A stretch of DNA of 63,541 bases, counting the filler, from Octopus bimaculoides (taxonomy: Eukaryota): NCBI RefSeq assembly GCF_001194135.2. It is 7 parts of 6 records of this genome, joined end to end, with 100 filler letters (N's around TTAATTAATTAA, not from the genome) between each part and the next. Parts side by side here need not be neighbours in the genome. Positions count along the whole stretch, not along the records: positions 24,621 to 39,332 come from NC_069009.1; positions 39,433 to 48,839 come from NC_069006.1; 5 more parts are not named here. One strand, 5' to 3'. Every line of letters begins with the position of its first letter. Positions within the stretch are counted from its first letter, which is position 1. The notes under the pieces are model-generated. The model was not told the origin of the DNA, made no database searches, and saw nothing but the letters and a program-made list of their open reading frames with translations. The translations under genes and the position numbers were made by a program. Positions 27,206 to 40,903 of the stretch are shown here, piece after piece.

Positions 27206-28149
27206 CTGTATCAATGTTAAAATTTAAATTGTTAAATAAAATCTTCTATGTCTGTCATTCAAATTGTTTCATTATTTTTTTTTTTTTTCATTTATAGAAA
27301 TAGTAATTTTATAAATATTCTATTTTTTGCTGGTGTATACAATGTACTTAATTTTATGATAAAATGTATTAAAAACTTTTCCTGTGTCTAATGCTGTCAT
27401 ATTATGGATAGGTGACAGGATGTGGTTGGTGAGGGAGCTGGATGAATGTCTGTCTGTTTGGCACAGTAATCAGTACTAAAAATAAAATATTGGTTTCAAA
27501 TCTGGCACAAGGCCAGCAATTTCAACCTCAGTACTGTTGGTACATATTTTATTGACCCCAAAAGGATGAAAGGAAAAGTCGACTTCAACAGAATTTGAAC
27601 TCAGAACATAAAGGATGAAAAGATGGACAAAGAAGTTATGAGGGGTTGTATGGTGTGCTTAAAACAAAATTCTCTTCAAAACTACTTAAAAATGTCTGAA
27701 TAATGTGTTGTTTTTTTTTTAAGGCATCCAAGCTGTTCTATGTGGAGGCATAGAAGTCGAACACGGCTTAAAATATGAGGATTGAAATGCAAAGAGATGG
27801 AAAAAAATCAGAATACAGAAATCTTCAAAGTCTGAAAGCTCAGAATAACAAATTCTGAAATGCTTTAAGACAAAAAAAATATTATTATTATTATTTCTAC
27901 TCTAAGCACAAAGCCTTGAAAATCTTTTGGGGAAAGGGGCTGGTCGATTACATCGACCTCAGTGCATAACTGGTATTTATTTCATCGACCCCCCAAAAGG
28001 ATAAACGGTTGAGTTGACCTCAGCAGAAAAAGTAGTTTTAAAATATGGTATATTAGTATTTGGTCAGTTGTCCTCCTTAATATAATTGTTTCTTCAGTTA
28101 TCCGTTAGGGACAAAGTTGTTATTAATAGGGCTAATAATGGTGGTGAGT

Positions 28150-28512
28150 GGAGGCGCAATGGTCCAGTGGTTAGGACAGCGGACTCGCGGTTTCGATTCC
28201 CAGACCGGGCGTTGTGAGTCTTTATTGAGCGAAAACACCTAAAGCTCCACGAGGCTCCGGCAGGAGAGGGGTGGCGAACCCTGCTGTACTCTTCCACCAC
28301 AACTTTCTCTCGCTCTTACTTCCTTTTTTCTGTTGTGCCTGTAATTCAAAGGGTCAGCCTTGTGTCACGCTGAATCTCCCCGAGAACTACGTTAAGGGTA
28401 CACGTGTCTGTGGAGTGCTCAGCCACTTGCACGTTAATTTCACGAGCAAGGCTGTTCCGTTGATCGGATCAACTGGAACCCTCGACGTCGCAAGCGACGG
28501 AGTGCCTACAAC
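28150..28512 (+). mobile_element. Young full-length tRNA-derived SINE with a 12-bp target-site duplication
   Basis: A-box tggtccagtggtt and B-box gtttcgattcc; flanked by aatggtggtgag (28137-28148) and aatggtgatgag (28513-28524); absent from the paralogous region at ~33930. Confidence 0.85.
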
Positions 28513-30112
28513 AATGGTGATGAGGGTAGATTAGTTACCATCGATCTCTGTTTTTGACTGGATGTTTATTTTATTGATTCCGAAGCAACGAAAGATAAAA
28601 TTGACATCGACGGAATTTGAGGTCAGAACGAAAGAAACACTGCTTGGACTAAATAATTACTATTAATTTTGGTACACTACAACAATTTCGTTTCGGTATA
28701 GTATTTCCCATTTTTATAAGTTCTTGTCAGGGAACCTGTTTTTCAGCAATACTTCCAGTAGTAGTTTTTCTTTGACCTCTTGTCTGAAATTAGCGACTTT
28801 TCTGAGTGAATTTCTACATTTGTATCAAAGCTGTAGGGAAAAGGAAGATAAGAAATCAGATTAGATTGTGAGTAAAGCAATAATTTCATCTTATTTTAAT
28901 ATTTTAGTTCGTTTTCTCTTTCTACAAACCTCCCAAAAGAACAGTAATGTTGATCCAGTCGTAAATCTTAAGATATTCAAGATTTGTTTACATTTTACCC
29001 ATCATAAATACTATACTAAACCTGCTAAAATTTTGAAAATTAAGTTATCACTCTGTATTATAATTACTAATACCTTTAAACAATAACTCGGCGGAGGTAA
29101 AGAATACATACACCACTCGTTTTCGGCGTCGCAAAACCCTAACCACCGGGTGTATGTATTTTTTTTTACTTTCGCCCAATAATTCTTCCTTTTGTTGCCG
29201 TAAGTAACAACGACTATTGCAAGAGTTGTAAGACGCAACAAGAATTTTAGAAAAAATGAATACTTAAATGAGTGGAAATCGAACCAGTGTAAGTGGTACT
29301 TGATTGGCCACTCTGGGACTGAAGCCAGAACCATGTGGTTGGAAGCAAAATTCTTACCACACAATCATTCCTGCACCGCTATTGTCATGTCTATATAAAA
29401 ATGTAGTAAAACTTTCGATGTTTTAATCTCTCTAATCTCTAATTATCTCGTATGTTTGACACTGTTGTTTCTCTTTTCTTTCAGATTATAAAATGACATC
29501 TGCATCACAGAATTTTTATATAAACTGCATCATTCGTATCGAACATCTTTTAACTGAACAACGATGTTATACATAACACATGTAACACTGTTTCTATGAA
29601 TACATACTGAATTACAGCAAAATATTTCTTCTGAACTGAACAAAGTTATCGCATCATTGAAATCTCAATGCTTTGAGATAATGAATGATTAATTCAAAAC
29701 AATATGAATAAATAAGCATTACATTTGACAAAGGAATCTGAACGCTAATGGGTTAAACTGGCCGTATTTCAATAAAATATCTACATATTCTTTATTCAAA
29801 CCTGCCAGATCCCAGCCCTCACACCCATCCTACAATGTCATTCTAGATATAAACAATACATCGTTGGAATCTTAAATCTGTAATTTAATGAATCATTAAT
29901 TCACTAGAATTTGAATAAATAAGTATTACATTTGACAGAGGAAAGCTGAGTGTTAAAGAGTTAAAGCGATTAACAAGGAAGTTTGCAGCATCTTCAGATA
30001 TTAACAAAGATTATTATTGATGGAGATATATCAGTAGAAATATTTAAGAGCAATATACTAGAAGAAGGAAAACATTTGTGTACTGTGACAAGAGAAAGGA
30101 AGATTATGGAAA

Positions 30113-31222
30113 ATGAATTATATTGGAGTAAAGATGAATATAAAAAAAGAGTCTGAAGAAATTGATTTTCCTGATGAGGAAAAGAATGAAAAGGGCAAAA
30201 CATCATATGATTGTGTTACCTGTGGTAAGTCATTCTCTCGGCAAGCTAAGTTAGTCATTCACCAACGTACTCATACAGGAGAAAAACCATATCACTGTGA
30301 TATCTGTGGCAAATCTTGGGCTCAGAAAGGTAACTTGATTACTCACCAACGTATTCATACAGGAGAGAAGACATTTCGCTCTGATATCTGTGGTAAGCCA
30401 TTGTCACAAGATAGTAATTTAATAGGACACAAGCAGATTCATGCAAGAGGAAAATATTTACACTGTGACATCTGTGGTAAATCATTCTCGCGGAAAGATA
30501 ACTTAGACATCCACCAACGTGTTCATACAGGAGAGAAGCCATATCACTGTGATATCTGTGGTAAATCGTTCGCTCAGAAAGGTAACTTGACTGCTCACCG
30601 ACGTTTTCATACAGGAGAGAAACCATATCATTGTGATATCTGTGGTAAACTATTGTCAAATCGTAGTACGTTAACAAGACACAAACAGATTCACACAAAA
30701 GGAAAATATTTGCACTGTGATGTCTGTGGTAAATCATTTTTTGATACTCATCATTTAACTACTCACAAACGCATTCATACAGAAGAAAAACCATATCGCT
30801 GTGATATCTGTGGTAAATCATTCTATGAAAATAGCTACTTAACTAGACACATACGTATTCACACAGGTGAAAAGCCATATCATTGCGGTATCTGTGGTAA
30901 ATCATTTTCTCATGGACCCAGCTTAACTGTTCACAAATACATTCATTCAGGTGAGAAGCCATATCACTGTGAAATCTGTGGTAAATCTTTCTCTCGAAAT
31001 GATCATTTAACTGCTCACAAGCACATTCATACAGGAGAGAAGCCATATCACTGCGAAATCTGTGGTAAATTCTTCACTCGAAATGATTACTTAACTAGTC
31101 ACAAACGTACTCACACAGGTGAGAAGGCATATCATTGTGATATCTGTGACAAATCATTTTCTCAGAGAAGCAGCTTAACTACTCACAAGAACATTCATGG
31201 AAGAGACAAACCAAATCAGTGA
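30113..31222 (+). CDS. ZNF-B: C2H2 zinc-finger protein, 12 fingers (finger 3 has C>S); the ancestral start at 30106 is out of frame
   Basis: Twelve finger units. An A7 run at 30142-30148 makes the MENEL frame stop at 30154; ATG 30113 or 30134 reads the finger array. Confidence 0.85.
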   Translation: MNYIGVKMNIKKESEEIDFPDEEKNEKGKTSYDCVTCGKSFSRQAKLVIHQRTHTGEKPYHCDICGKSWAQKGNLITHQRIHTGEKTFRSDICGKPLSQDSNLIGHKQIHARGKYLHCDICGKSFSRKDNLDIHQRVHTGEKPYHCDICGKSFAQKGNLTAHRRFHTGEKPYHCDICGKLLSNRSTLTRHKQIHTKGKYLHCDVCGKSFFDTHHLTTHKRIHTEEKPYRCDICGKSFYENSYLTRHIRIHTGEKPYHCGICGKSFSHGPSLTVHKYIHSGEKPYHCEICGKSFSRNDHLTAHKHIHTGEKPYHCEICGKFFTRNDYLTSHKRTHTGEKAYHCDICDKSFSQRSSLTTHKNIHGRDKPNQ

Positions 31223-32355
31223 TCTATCATCATTGTTTTCCATGTCCACATTTGCCATTCTCTCATGGGTCAGATGTAATTTTTTGAAGTGAATTTTCTC
31301 TCTCCAGATGGCCATCTTGTTGCCAACTTTCACCTGTTTCAAACTAAGATATTTCCCTATGACCAGGCATGTTTTTGTGGCACATTGGAAATGGACATAT
31401 CAAAACACTAAGAGAAACAAAATTACACACCCCATCTGATAATACTATCTATATTTCGACACACAAACCTGGAAACAATGAGGTATAACACCATTATTCA
31501 AAATTTACCTATACTCTTTTGAGCTTCTAAGGTGAACCACATTCTACAGGGTATCCACAAGGTCTGGGTACATGGAGTAAATAAAGTCATATTTGAATAG
31601 GAATTTCAGTACAAATATCATTAGTGCATTTGTGAAAACGTGATTTCATTACGTAAATAATTGAGTTACCGTACAGTAATACCTCAATTGACTAGGACCT
31701 GCTTTAGGAGATCCCAGGTTTACAAGGTTTATTTTTCTAGCACAAGATCCAAATTTTTGAGCGAAGTGCAAAAGGTTCTACTACCATTAATGCTTCTGCA
31801 TGTTACTAAGAAATTTATAAATAACAAAAAAAAAGGCTTCTAAAGAAAGAACTCTACATTCGTTTTTTAGAAAGAAATCTACAGGTCCATCTATGAGTGC
31901 TTGTGAATCGTTAATTGCATCTACTAGTGATAGTATGTGAGAGTCTAGTGTGAGTGAAAGTGATTCAGAAAACAATTATAATATATTTTGTCTATTCTAA
32001 ATGATCTGGACATTCTTTTTACTTTAAATAAAATATTCTTTACATTCTTCTGTTGTTTTATTGTCATTTATTTACAAGTATTATAGATTTCACAGGTAAA
32101 ATATTCTTCTGGGAATGAATTATGATTTATAACATTGCTTCTATGGGGAAATTATTGCTTTTTGCTTAATGAGTTTTCACTTTAGGAGCAGTCTCCAGGA
32201 TTAGATTAACTCATATATCAAGGCATTATTGTCTCTGACATTATTTTGGCACAAGACCAGCAATTTCAAAGGAAGGGAATAGGTCGAATAACCACATGGA
32301 TCGGCATGTGTGTTTTTTATATGAACTAGCATGAGTGCTTCTTACAGGGACCCAC

Positions 32356-32398
<43 letters not shown>

Positions 32399-32484
32399 GA
32401 GAATGTACGAAAAAACAACAGACGAGGACAGGTGGTGTAAATAACAAAAGGATGTATTAGTATGACGCTCAGGAATACGGAAAG

Positions 32485-32521
32485 TCTTTGACGTTTCGAG
32501 CTACGCTCTTCAACAGAAAGA
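32485..32521 (-). ncRNA. Minimal type-I hammerhead-like motif with a variant core
   Basis: Minus strand: UCUUU CUGUUGAA GAGC-GUA-GCUC GAAA CGUC AAAGA. Stem I (5 bp) and stem II (4 bp) are perfect; stem III is the palindromic ACGU with a GUC triplet. Confidence 0.55.
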
Positions 32522-32619
32522 ATACGGAGACAAGGAGAAAAACACGGAGAAAAAAAATTGAATAGTGTTCAGTCAACGGTCAATCATATATATATATATA
32601 TAGTAATATATATTAATTT

Positions 32620-32830
32620 TAACGGTGAGTGTTTCCAAAGCAGACCTCCATACATGACACATAGAAAGTTTTAGCATCGGCCAAAATAAATATTTTTATG
32701 CCATATTTTGCTGGTTTAATGGACATCATAACTGGAGGTACAATTATCCATAAATTTCTCAAAGCACTTTCTAAAAGGTGCAATTTTATCTTCTACATTG
32801 TACATTAACTTAGTGGAATGTGCTGAGAAA
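32620..32830 (-). mobile_element. piggyBac transposase remnant
   Basis: EDKIAPFRKCFEKFMDNC and, after a deletion, KPAKYGIKIFILADAKTFY. Confidence 0.8.
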
Positions 32831-35127
32831 TTGTATGGATGGATAACACTGTCACTACTGCCAGATATAAGATACACACGTACAAACATCACCTGGGGTA
32901 TGAGATACCCCACAACTCCACTGAAAGGTTAAAGCGAAATTCCGCCACATTTTCTCTACCAAACTACTTTAAAATGTTTTCCTATGGCTGAATGATGACA
33001 CATTAATTTTGTTTCTGCTCTAAATATCCTGGTAAAGTAAGGGTACAACTTATACAATAGTTCATATGGTAGATAAATTCCTATAGATATGGCTATGTAG
33101 TTAAGTGGTTTATATCATATCCACGAGGTACTAGGTTCAATTCCATTGTGCAGCATCTTGGGCAAATGTTATTTCCTACAACCATGGGTTAACCCATACC
33201 GTTTAGGTAAAACGCAGTGGATGGAAACTGTATCGAAGCTTGTCAGAGGGATTGTACCTGTAATTAAAAAAAATACAACTTCGTCACACTGAATCCGGTT
33301 CAAAATTGCCTTAACAGTACAGATGTCAATTTCACGCTACCGAACTTAGGCTCATATACTTGTTTATCTCCCTTTACTCACATATTTTGCTTACCGTCTT
33401 CCACTGAGGAATACCAGCAAACTTCTGCCAGATCTCCTTATTTCTTTTCATTAATGCTGTCAATTTTGTGGTAACAGCGTTCCTTCGAATATCACATCGA
33501 ATTATTACCAACAAAATAAAAGAGATATGTGAAAAGAATTCTCTGTAGCTCGGTGGAAGATGTCAGGAACATTGCTTCTTTTGCCAAAAGACTATCGTAA
33601 GCTTAATGTGTATTTTGAAGGCATCCAAGCTGTTCTATGCGCAGACCAACAAGGCGTACAAAGCTGAAAATATGTGAGGGTTGAAATGCAGAGAGGGGAA
33701 AGATCAGAATACAAAATGCTTCAAAATCTGAACGTTCAGAATAGCAAATTCTGAAATGCTTTAAGAAAATAAATAAATAAAATAATTACGAGAATAATAA
33801 TCCTTTCTACTAAAAGCACAAGGCTTAGAATTTTGTGGGAGGGGACTAGTCGATTCTGCCGTCTCGCTGCCTCATATAATGATCCTTTCAACTATAATAA
33901 GCACATGGCCTGAAATTTCGTGGGTGAAGACTAGTGGTGAGTATCTACCATCGACTTCTTATTTTTATGGATCTTTATTTTATTGATTCCGAAGCAATGA
34001 AAAGTGAAATTGAGATCGGCGGAATTTGAGCTCAGAACATTAAAAAGCCAGAAGAAACCACTGCATGGCCTAAATAATTGCTATTACTTTTGGTACGATG
34101 CTATAATTTCGTTTCGGTACCTAAAGCAAACCAATGCATGTTTTATACATTCCCCATTACTATAAGGCACCCGTTCTCATGGACGTTTGGTGGTGGCAGA
34201 TATTCTCTTGTCTAAATTGATTTTTTTCTGGGTGAATTTCCACTTATGTATCAAAACTGACGAAGAAAGGACTATATGGAAGATAACGAGTGAGATTAGA
34301 TTGTGAGTGATGTAATAATTCCATCTTATTTTTATATTTAAGTTCGTTTTCTCTTCACACAAATCTCCTATAATCAGAAATCTTACGATTACCTATCATA
34401 AATATTATTCTAAATCTGCTGAAATTATGAAATTAATTTATCGCAACACCTTCAAACAATAACTCTCCCTTTTGTTGCCGTAAGTAACAATATCGTTAAA
34501 GCTATATATATATAGAGAGAGTCAGACAAACAGACAGAGTAGTATACCTATACGAGTGTACCACAACCACCCCGAATTTGATTCAGATAGTGTAGATTCC
34601 GAATATATCCTCTGATGCAGATGTGTCTTGTCAGGTGACTTGTCAAAAGGTACCTCATATTTTAATTTCTATTTTGCTTATCTAAACTGGAATACAGTTG
34701 GTATATGTTAAGCTTCTTTCAGTTCCCATCTACCAAATCCTCTCAAGGCTTTGATTGGTCACTCTGAGACTGAACCCAGAACCATGTGGTTGGTAAGCAA
34801 AATTCTTACCACATAACCATGCCTGATCATGTCTGTATACCTGAGGAATTTCAACCATGTTTCGTGGTCTGCTACCACAACAGCTCCTTTATAGGATCCA
34901 GTTAGCTCAAGACATCATCAGGAGGAACCACGTCCGGTTTCGGCCCCTACTCCTCTACCGTTTTGTCGTGGCGGGGCCCCTCCTTTCGGAGGTGTCTTCA
35001 GCTCTGGTGTTGGGTGTATGTCTTCTTTCTTCTATTCCCTGGCCTCTTCGATGCAGCATCAACGAGTGTCAGCGTCCGACTGATCGTCATGTGAAGTTCC
35101 CCATTTTGTTTTAATCTCTCTAATCTC

Positions 35128-35318
35128 GGTACTACTAAAGCAGCGCGGACCCGAACGCGCAGTCGCGCGTCCGTGCTAGCTAGTCGTGAGTGGTCGATCC
35201 TAACCCTAACTCTAAACACGTATTCATTTGCACACGCGGGTTAGGGATAGGGTTAGGGTTAGGATCGACCACTCAAGACTAGCTAGCGCGTTCGGGTCCG
35301 CGCTGCTTTAGTAGTACC
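35128..35318. mobile_element. Young 191-bp foldback MITE with long TIRs, internal TTAGGG arrays and a 9-bp TSD (Merlin- or Mutator-like)
   Basis: Perfect 33-bp outer TIR ggtactactaaagcagcgcggacccgaacgcgc; TSD tctaatctc at 35119-35127 and 35319-35327; a single-copy empty site in the paralogs (~29431, ~38161). Confidence 0.93.
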
Positions 35319-35596
35319 TCTAATCTCTAATTATCTTATATGTTTGACACTGTTGTTTCTCTTTTCTTTCAGATTATCAGGTGACCTCTGCATCACAGAA
35401 TTTTTATATAAACAATGTCATTCGTATTGAATGTCTTTTAAAAACTGAGCAAAAGATGTTATACATAACACGTATAACCCTGTTTCTATAAATATATACT
35501 GAATTACTGCAAAATATATCTTCTGAATTGATATATGGAGCAAACTTTCTCTTCTTTATTGTCTGGAAGACACAGAAAATTATATTTGTATTTTAA

Positions 35597-35824
35597 TTAA
35601 TCCTTTAGCATTTTACCTGGCCATATCAGTCTGAAACGTTCTAGCTATCTTATGTTAAAACTGCCCACATCTGGCCTCTTACACTCACCATGCAATGTCA
35701 TTCTATACATAAACAATCACATCATTGAAATCTTAAAGTAATAAGATAATGAATGATTAATTCAGAAGAATTTGAATAAATAAGTATTACATTTGACAGA
35801 GTAATCTGAATGTTAATGAGTTAA
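35597..35824. mobile_element. TTAA-flanked (piggyBac-like) MITE in the ZNF-C 5' region; also at 38438-38665 and, rearranged, at ~29640-29965
   Basis: ttaa-tcctttagcatt ... aatgttaatgag-ttaa with imperfect TIRs; 228 bp in both C and D. Confidence 0.6.
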
Positions 35825-35968
35825 AGCAATTAACAAGGCAATTTGCAGCATCTTCAGATATTAACAAAGATTATTATTGATGGAGATATATCAGTAGAAA
35901 TATTTCTTAAGAGCAATATACAAAAGGAAGGAAAATATTTGTGTACTGTGACAAGAGAAACGAAGATT

Positions 35969-37546
<1,578 letters not shown>

Positions 37547-38674
37547 TAGAAGCAGCTTAATTACTCATATCAGCATTCAGATGACAGACAAACCACACCA
37601 GTGATCTTTCATCATTGTTTTCCTGTCCACTTTTGCCATGTTTTCATGGGTCAGATGGAATTTGTTGAGGTGGTGTGCCAGTTAAAGCCTGCTCACTGTA
37701 TTTGGTTACCTGATGTCAACAACAGTATGGATTTAAATGACACTGGATTTACTTGTGGAATTCCTTTGTGTTGGTAGAGTTTAACATACGAGAGAAAGAG
37801 AAGCAAAATAGAATTTACAAGACTATTATTCACTACGATCTTTTCAACCCATCATACATCAGTGCTTCACAGGTGAGATACAGTGCCGATGTGTCCTGTC
37901 AGGTGATTTGTCAAAAAGTACCTCATATTTTAATTTCTGATTTTCTTATTTCAATTGCAATACATTTTGGTATTTGGTATATGTCAAGCTTCTTGGAGAT
38001 TCCATCAATCAAATACTCTCCCAAGGCTTTGATTGGCCAGTCTGGGACTGAACCCAGAACCATGTGGTTGGGATGCAAAATTCTTACCACACGACCATGC
38101 CTGCACCTTTATGGTCATGTCTATATAAAAATGTAGTAAAACTTGCAATCTTTTAATTTCTCTAATCTCTAATTATCTTGTATGTTTGACACTGTTGTTT
38201 CTCTTTTCTTTCAGATTATAAAATGACATCTGCATCACAGAATTTTTATATAAACTACATCATTTGTATTGAAAGTCTTTTAAAGTCTGAGCAAGGATGT
38301 TATTCATAACACACATAACCTTGATTGTATGAATATATACTGAATTACTGCAAAATATATCTTCTGAACTGACATATATAGACAAATTTCTCTTTTTTAT
38401 TGTCTGGAATACACAGAAAATTATATTTGTATTTGAATTAATCCTTTAGCATTTAAACTGGCCATATAAGTCCCAAACATTCTAGCTATTCTAAGTTAAA
38501 ACTGCCCATATCTAGCCTCTTACACTCACCCTGCAATGTCATTCTAAACATAAAGGATCACATCATTGAAATCTTAAAGCAATAAGATAATGAATCATTA
38601 ATTCAAAAGAATTTGAATAAATAAGTATTACATTTGACAGAGTAATCTGAATGTTAATGAGTTAAAGTAATTAA

Positions 38675-39332
<658 letters not shown>

Positions 39333-39504
39333 NNNNNNNNNNNNNNNNNNNNNNNNNNNNNNNNNNNNNNNNNNNNTTAATTAATTAANNNNNNNNNNNN
39401 NNNNNNNNNNNNNNNNNNNNNNNNNNNNNNNNATATATATATATATATATATGGATATCCCTATATATATATGGATATCTATATATATATATTGTGGCAT
39501 GTAA

Positions 39505-39750
39505 AATACACCATTTTGAGCGTGGCCATTGCCAGTACCACCTGACTGGCCTTTGTGCCGGTGGCACGTAAAAGCACCCACTACACTCTCGGAGTGGTTG
39601 GCATTAGGAAGGGCATCCAGCTGTAGAAACTCTGCCAAATCAGATTGGAGCCTGGTGTAGCCATCTGGTTTCACCAGTCCTCAGTCAAATCGTCCAACCC
39701 ATGCTAGCATGGAAAGCGGACGTTAAACGATGATGATGATGATGATGATG
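39505..39750 (+). mobile_element. RTE-like LINE/SINE 3' segment with a (GAT)n tail
   Basis: ...gttggcattaggaagggcatccagctgtagaaac...ccaacccatgctagcatggaaagcggacgttaaacgatgatgat. Confidence 0.7.
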
Positions 39751-39769
39751 AAGATGCACAGGATCCCTA

Positions 39770-40020
39770 AAACCATAGACTAGGGAAATTGATTTTCTCA
39801 AATGCCCTGGTGGCTCATTAGAAGTTGTAGATAATTTCTGCTACCTAGGGGACCAAATTAGTTGTGAGGGAAGATGCAAAGAGAGTGCAATAGCTAGAAT
39901 AAGAATAGGATGGAGTGAATTCAGAGAGCTTTTATCTCTGTTGGTTATGAAAGGTGTCTCTCTTTAAATGAAAGGGAGCTTGTACGATGCATGTATATGA
40001 ACAGCAATTCTACATGGTCA
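39770..40020 (+). mobile_element. RTE-clade RT C-terminal fragment
   Basis: SLEVVDNFCYLGDQIS...ARIRIGWSEFRELLSLL..KGVSL*MKGSLYDAC. Confidence 0.8.
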
Positions 40021-40225
40021 ACAGGATGGGTCAAACTTGGTAGAGATATATGCCACATGTTCAATTCAGACATTAGGATTGCCTGCATGGACCCATATGA
40101 CAGACCAACAACCTCAGCAATGTTTTTTCTCTATAAAAGAGTGGATAACAACAACAGCAGACAGGTTATCAATGGAGAGCTACTTAGTCACAGAGAAGGC
40201 AGTTTAATAAGAGAAGATTACTTAC

Positions 40226-40340
40226 AAATTGAAGATGTTTTAATGTCTATCTTTGGAAGACGTGGAGATGGTTTTTCCACATCACTGATGGCATCTAGAA
40301 GATTGAGTTTCTGTAACAGTGGAATAACATTTTTCCTTTG
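40226..40340 (-). CDS. CFAP74: CFAP74-like gene, exon 7 of 7 found (phase 0 to 1): QRKNVIPLLQKLNLLDAISDVEKPSPRLPKIDIKTSSI
   Basis: ttttctag acceptor and gtaagt donor; 115 nt; in phase with the previous exon. Low similarity on its own. Confidence 0.7.
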
Positions 40341-40779
40341 CTAGAAAATAAACAAAAGAGGATCATCTATATATACTCAAGTATTTGCCTAAAATATAAC
40401 CTATCTTAACAAATAGCCAGATATCCCTTACATTATAACCTACTAACTTCAAAGGGGACAAACAGGTTAGATAAGGTAGTCTTCAACATGTAATGTTTCT
40501 GGCAAAGGTCAGGATGGTCATGGATGGAGTGTTTTTGATTATAGGTCTGTTCAATGAGGGTTGGTCTTGGACTCAAGAGAACAACATTCATTGTAGAGCC
40601 AAAGAGGGAATTTTATCTGATTGTTTGATATGTGAGAAATAGCAGGCAAATATCTTCCAAGCTACACCATACTTTCTTGAAAAGGAAGGACACAGTGATA
40701 GATAATGTGGTTTTAGGTACATTATGTTTGAAATCAAGATGGACAAATCAAGATGGACAAATTTATTTTTTTTATTTAC

Positions 40780-40903
40780 CTTCATATACAGAGAACTACT
40801 TGGTGTTTTAGTTTTCTGCATCAATTTCTTTCTTAGTTTTTCTTCCATTAAAATCTTTTCAATGATTTTGCAAGAATTTTCCTGTTGTCTCCTCTTCAGT
40901 TCT
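40780..40903 (-). CDS. CFAP74: CFAP74-like exon 6 (phase 2 to 0): ELKRRQQENSCKIIEKILMEEKLRKK...LYMK
   Basis: caacag acceptor and gtaaat donor; 124 nt; resembles the recalled CFAP74 segment EEQKLRKQEIISRILKEE. Confidence 0.78.

Noticed and set aside
28150-28215. tRNA-like sequence with A and B boxes (also ~33085, 50320, 55400, 56835)
   Set aside because: SINE heads; no complete cloverleaf, and they continue into SINE bodies.
34940-35010. HDV-like ribozyme fold in the GC-rich insert
   Set aside because: The P2 3' partner and the nested pseudoknot could not be formed on either strand.
35843-35968. TTG-initiated MQHLQIL... starts in the ORF track for ZNF-C and ZNF-D
   Set aside because: Alternative-start artifact of the ORF caller; the conserved ATG is MENEL. 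The open frame is kept only as a finding.
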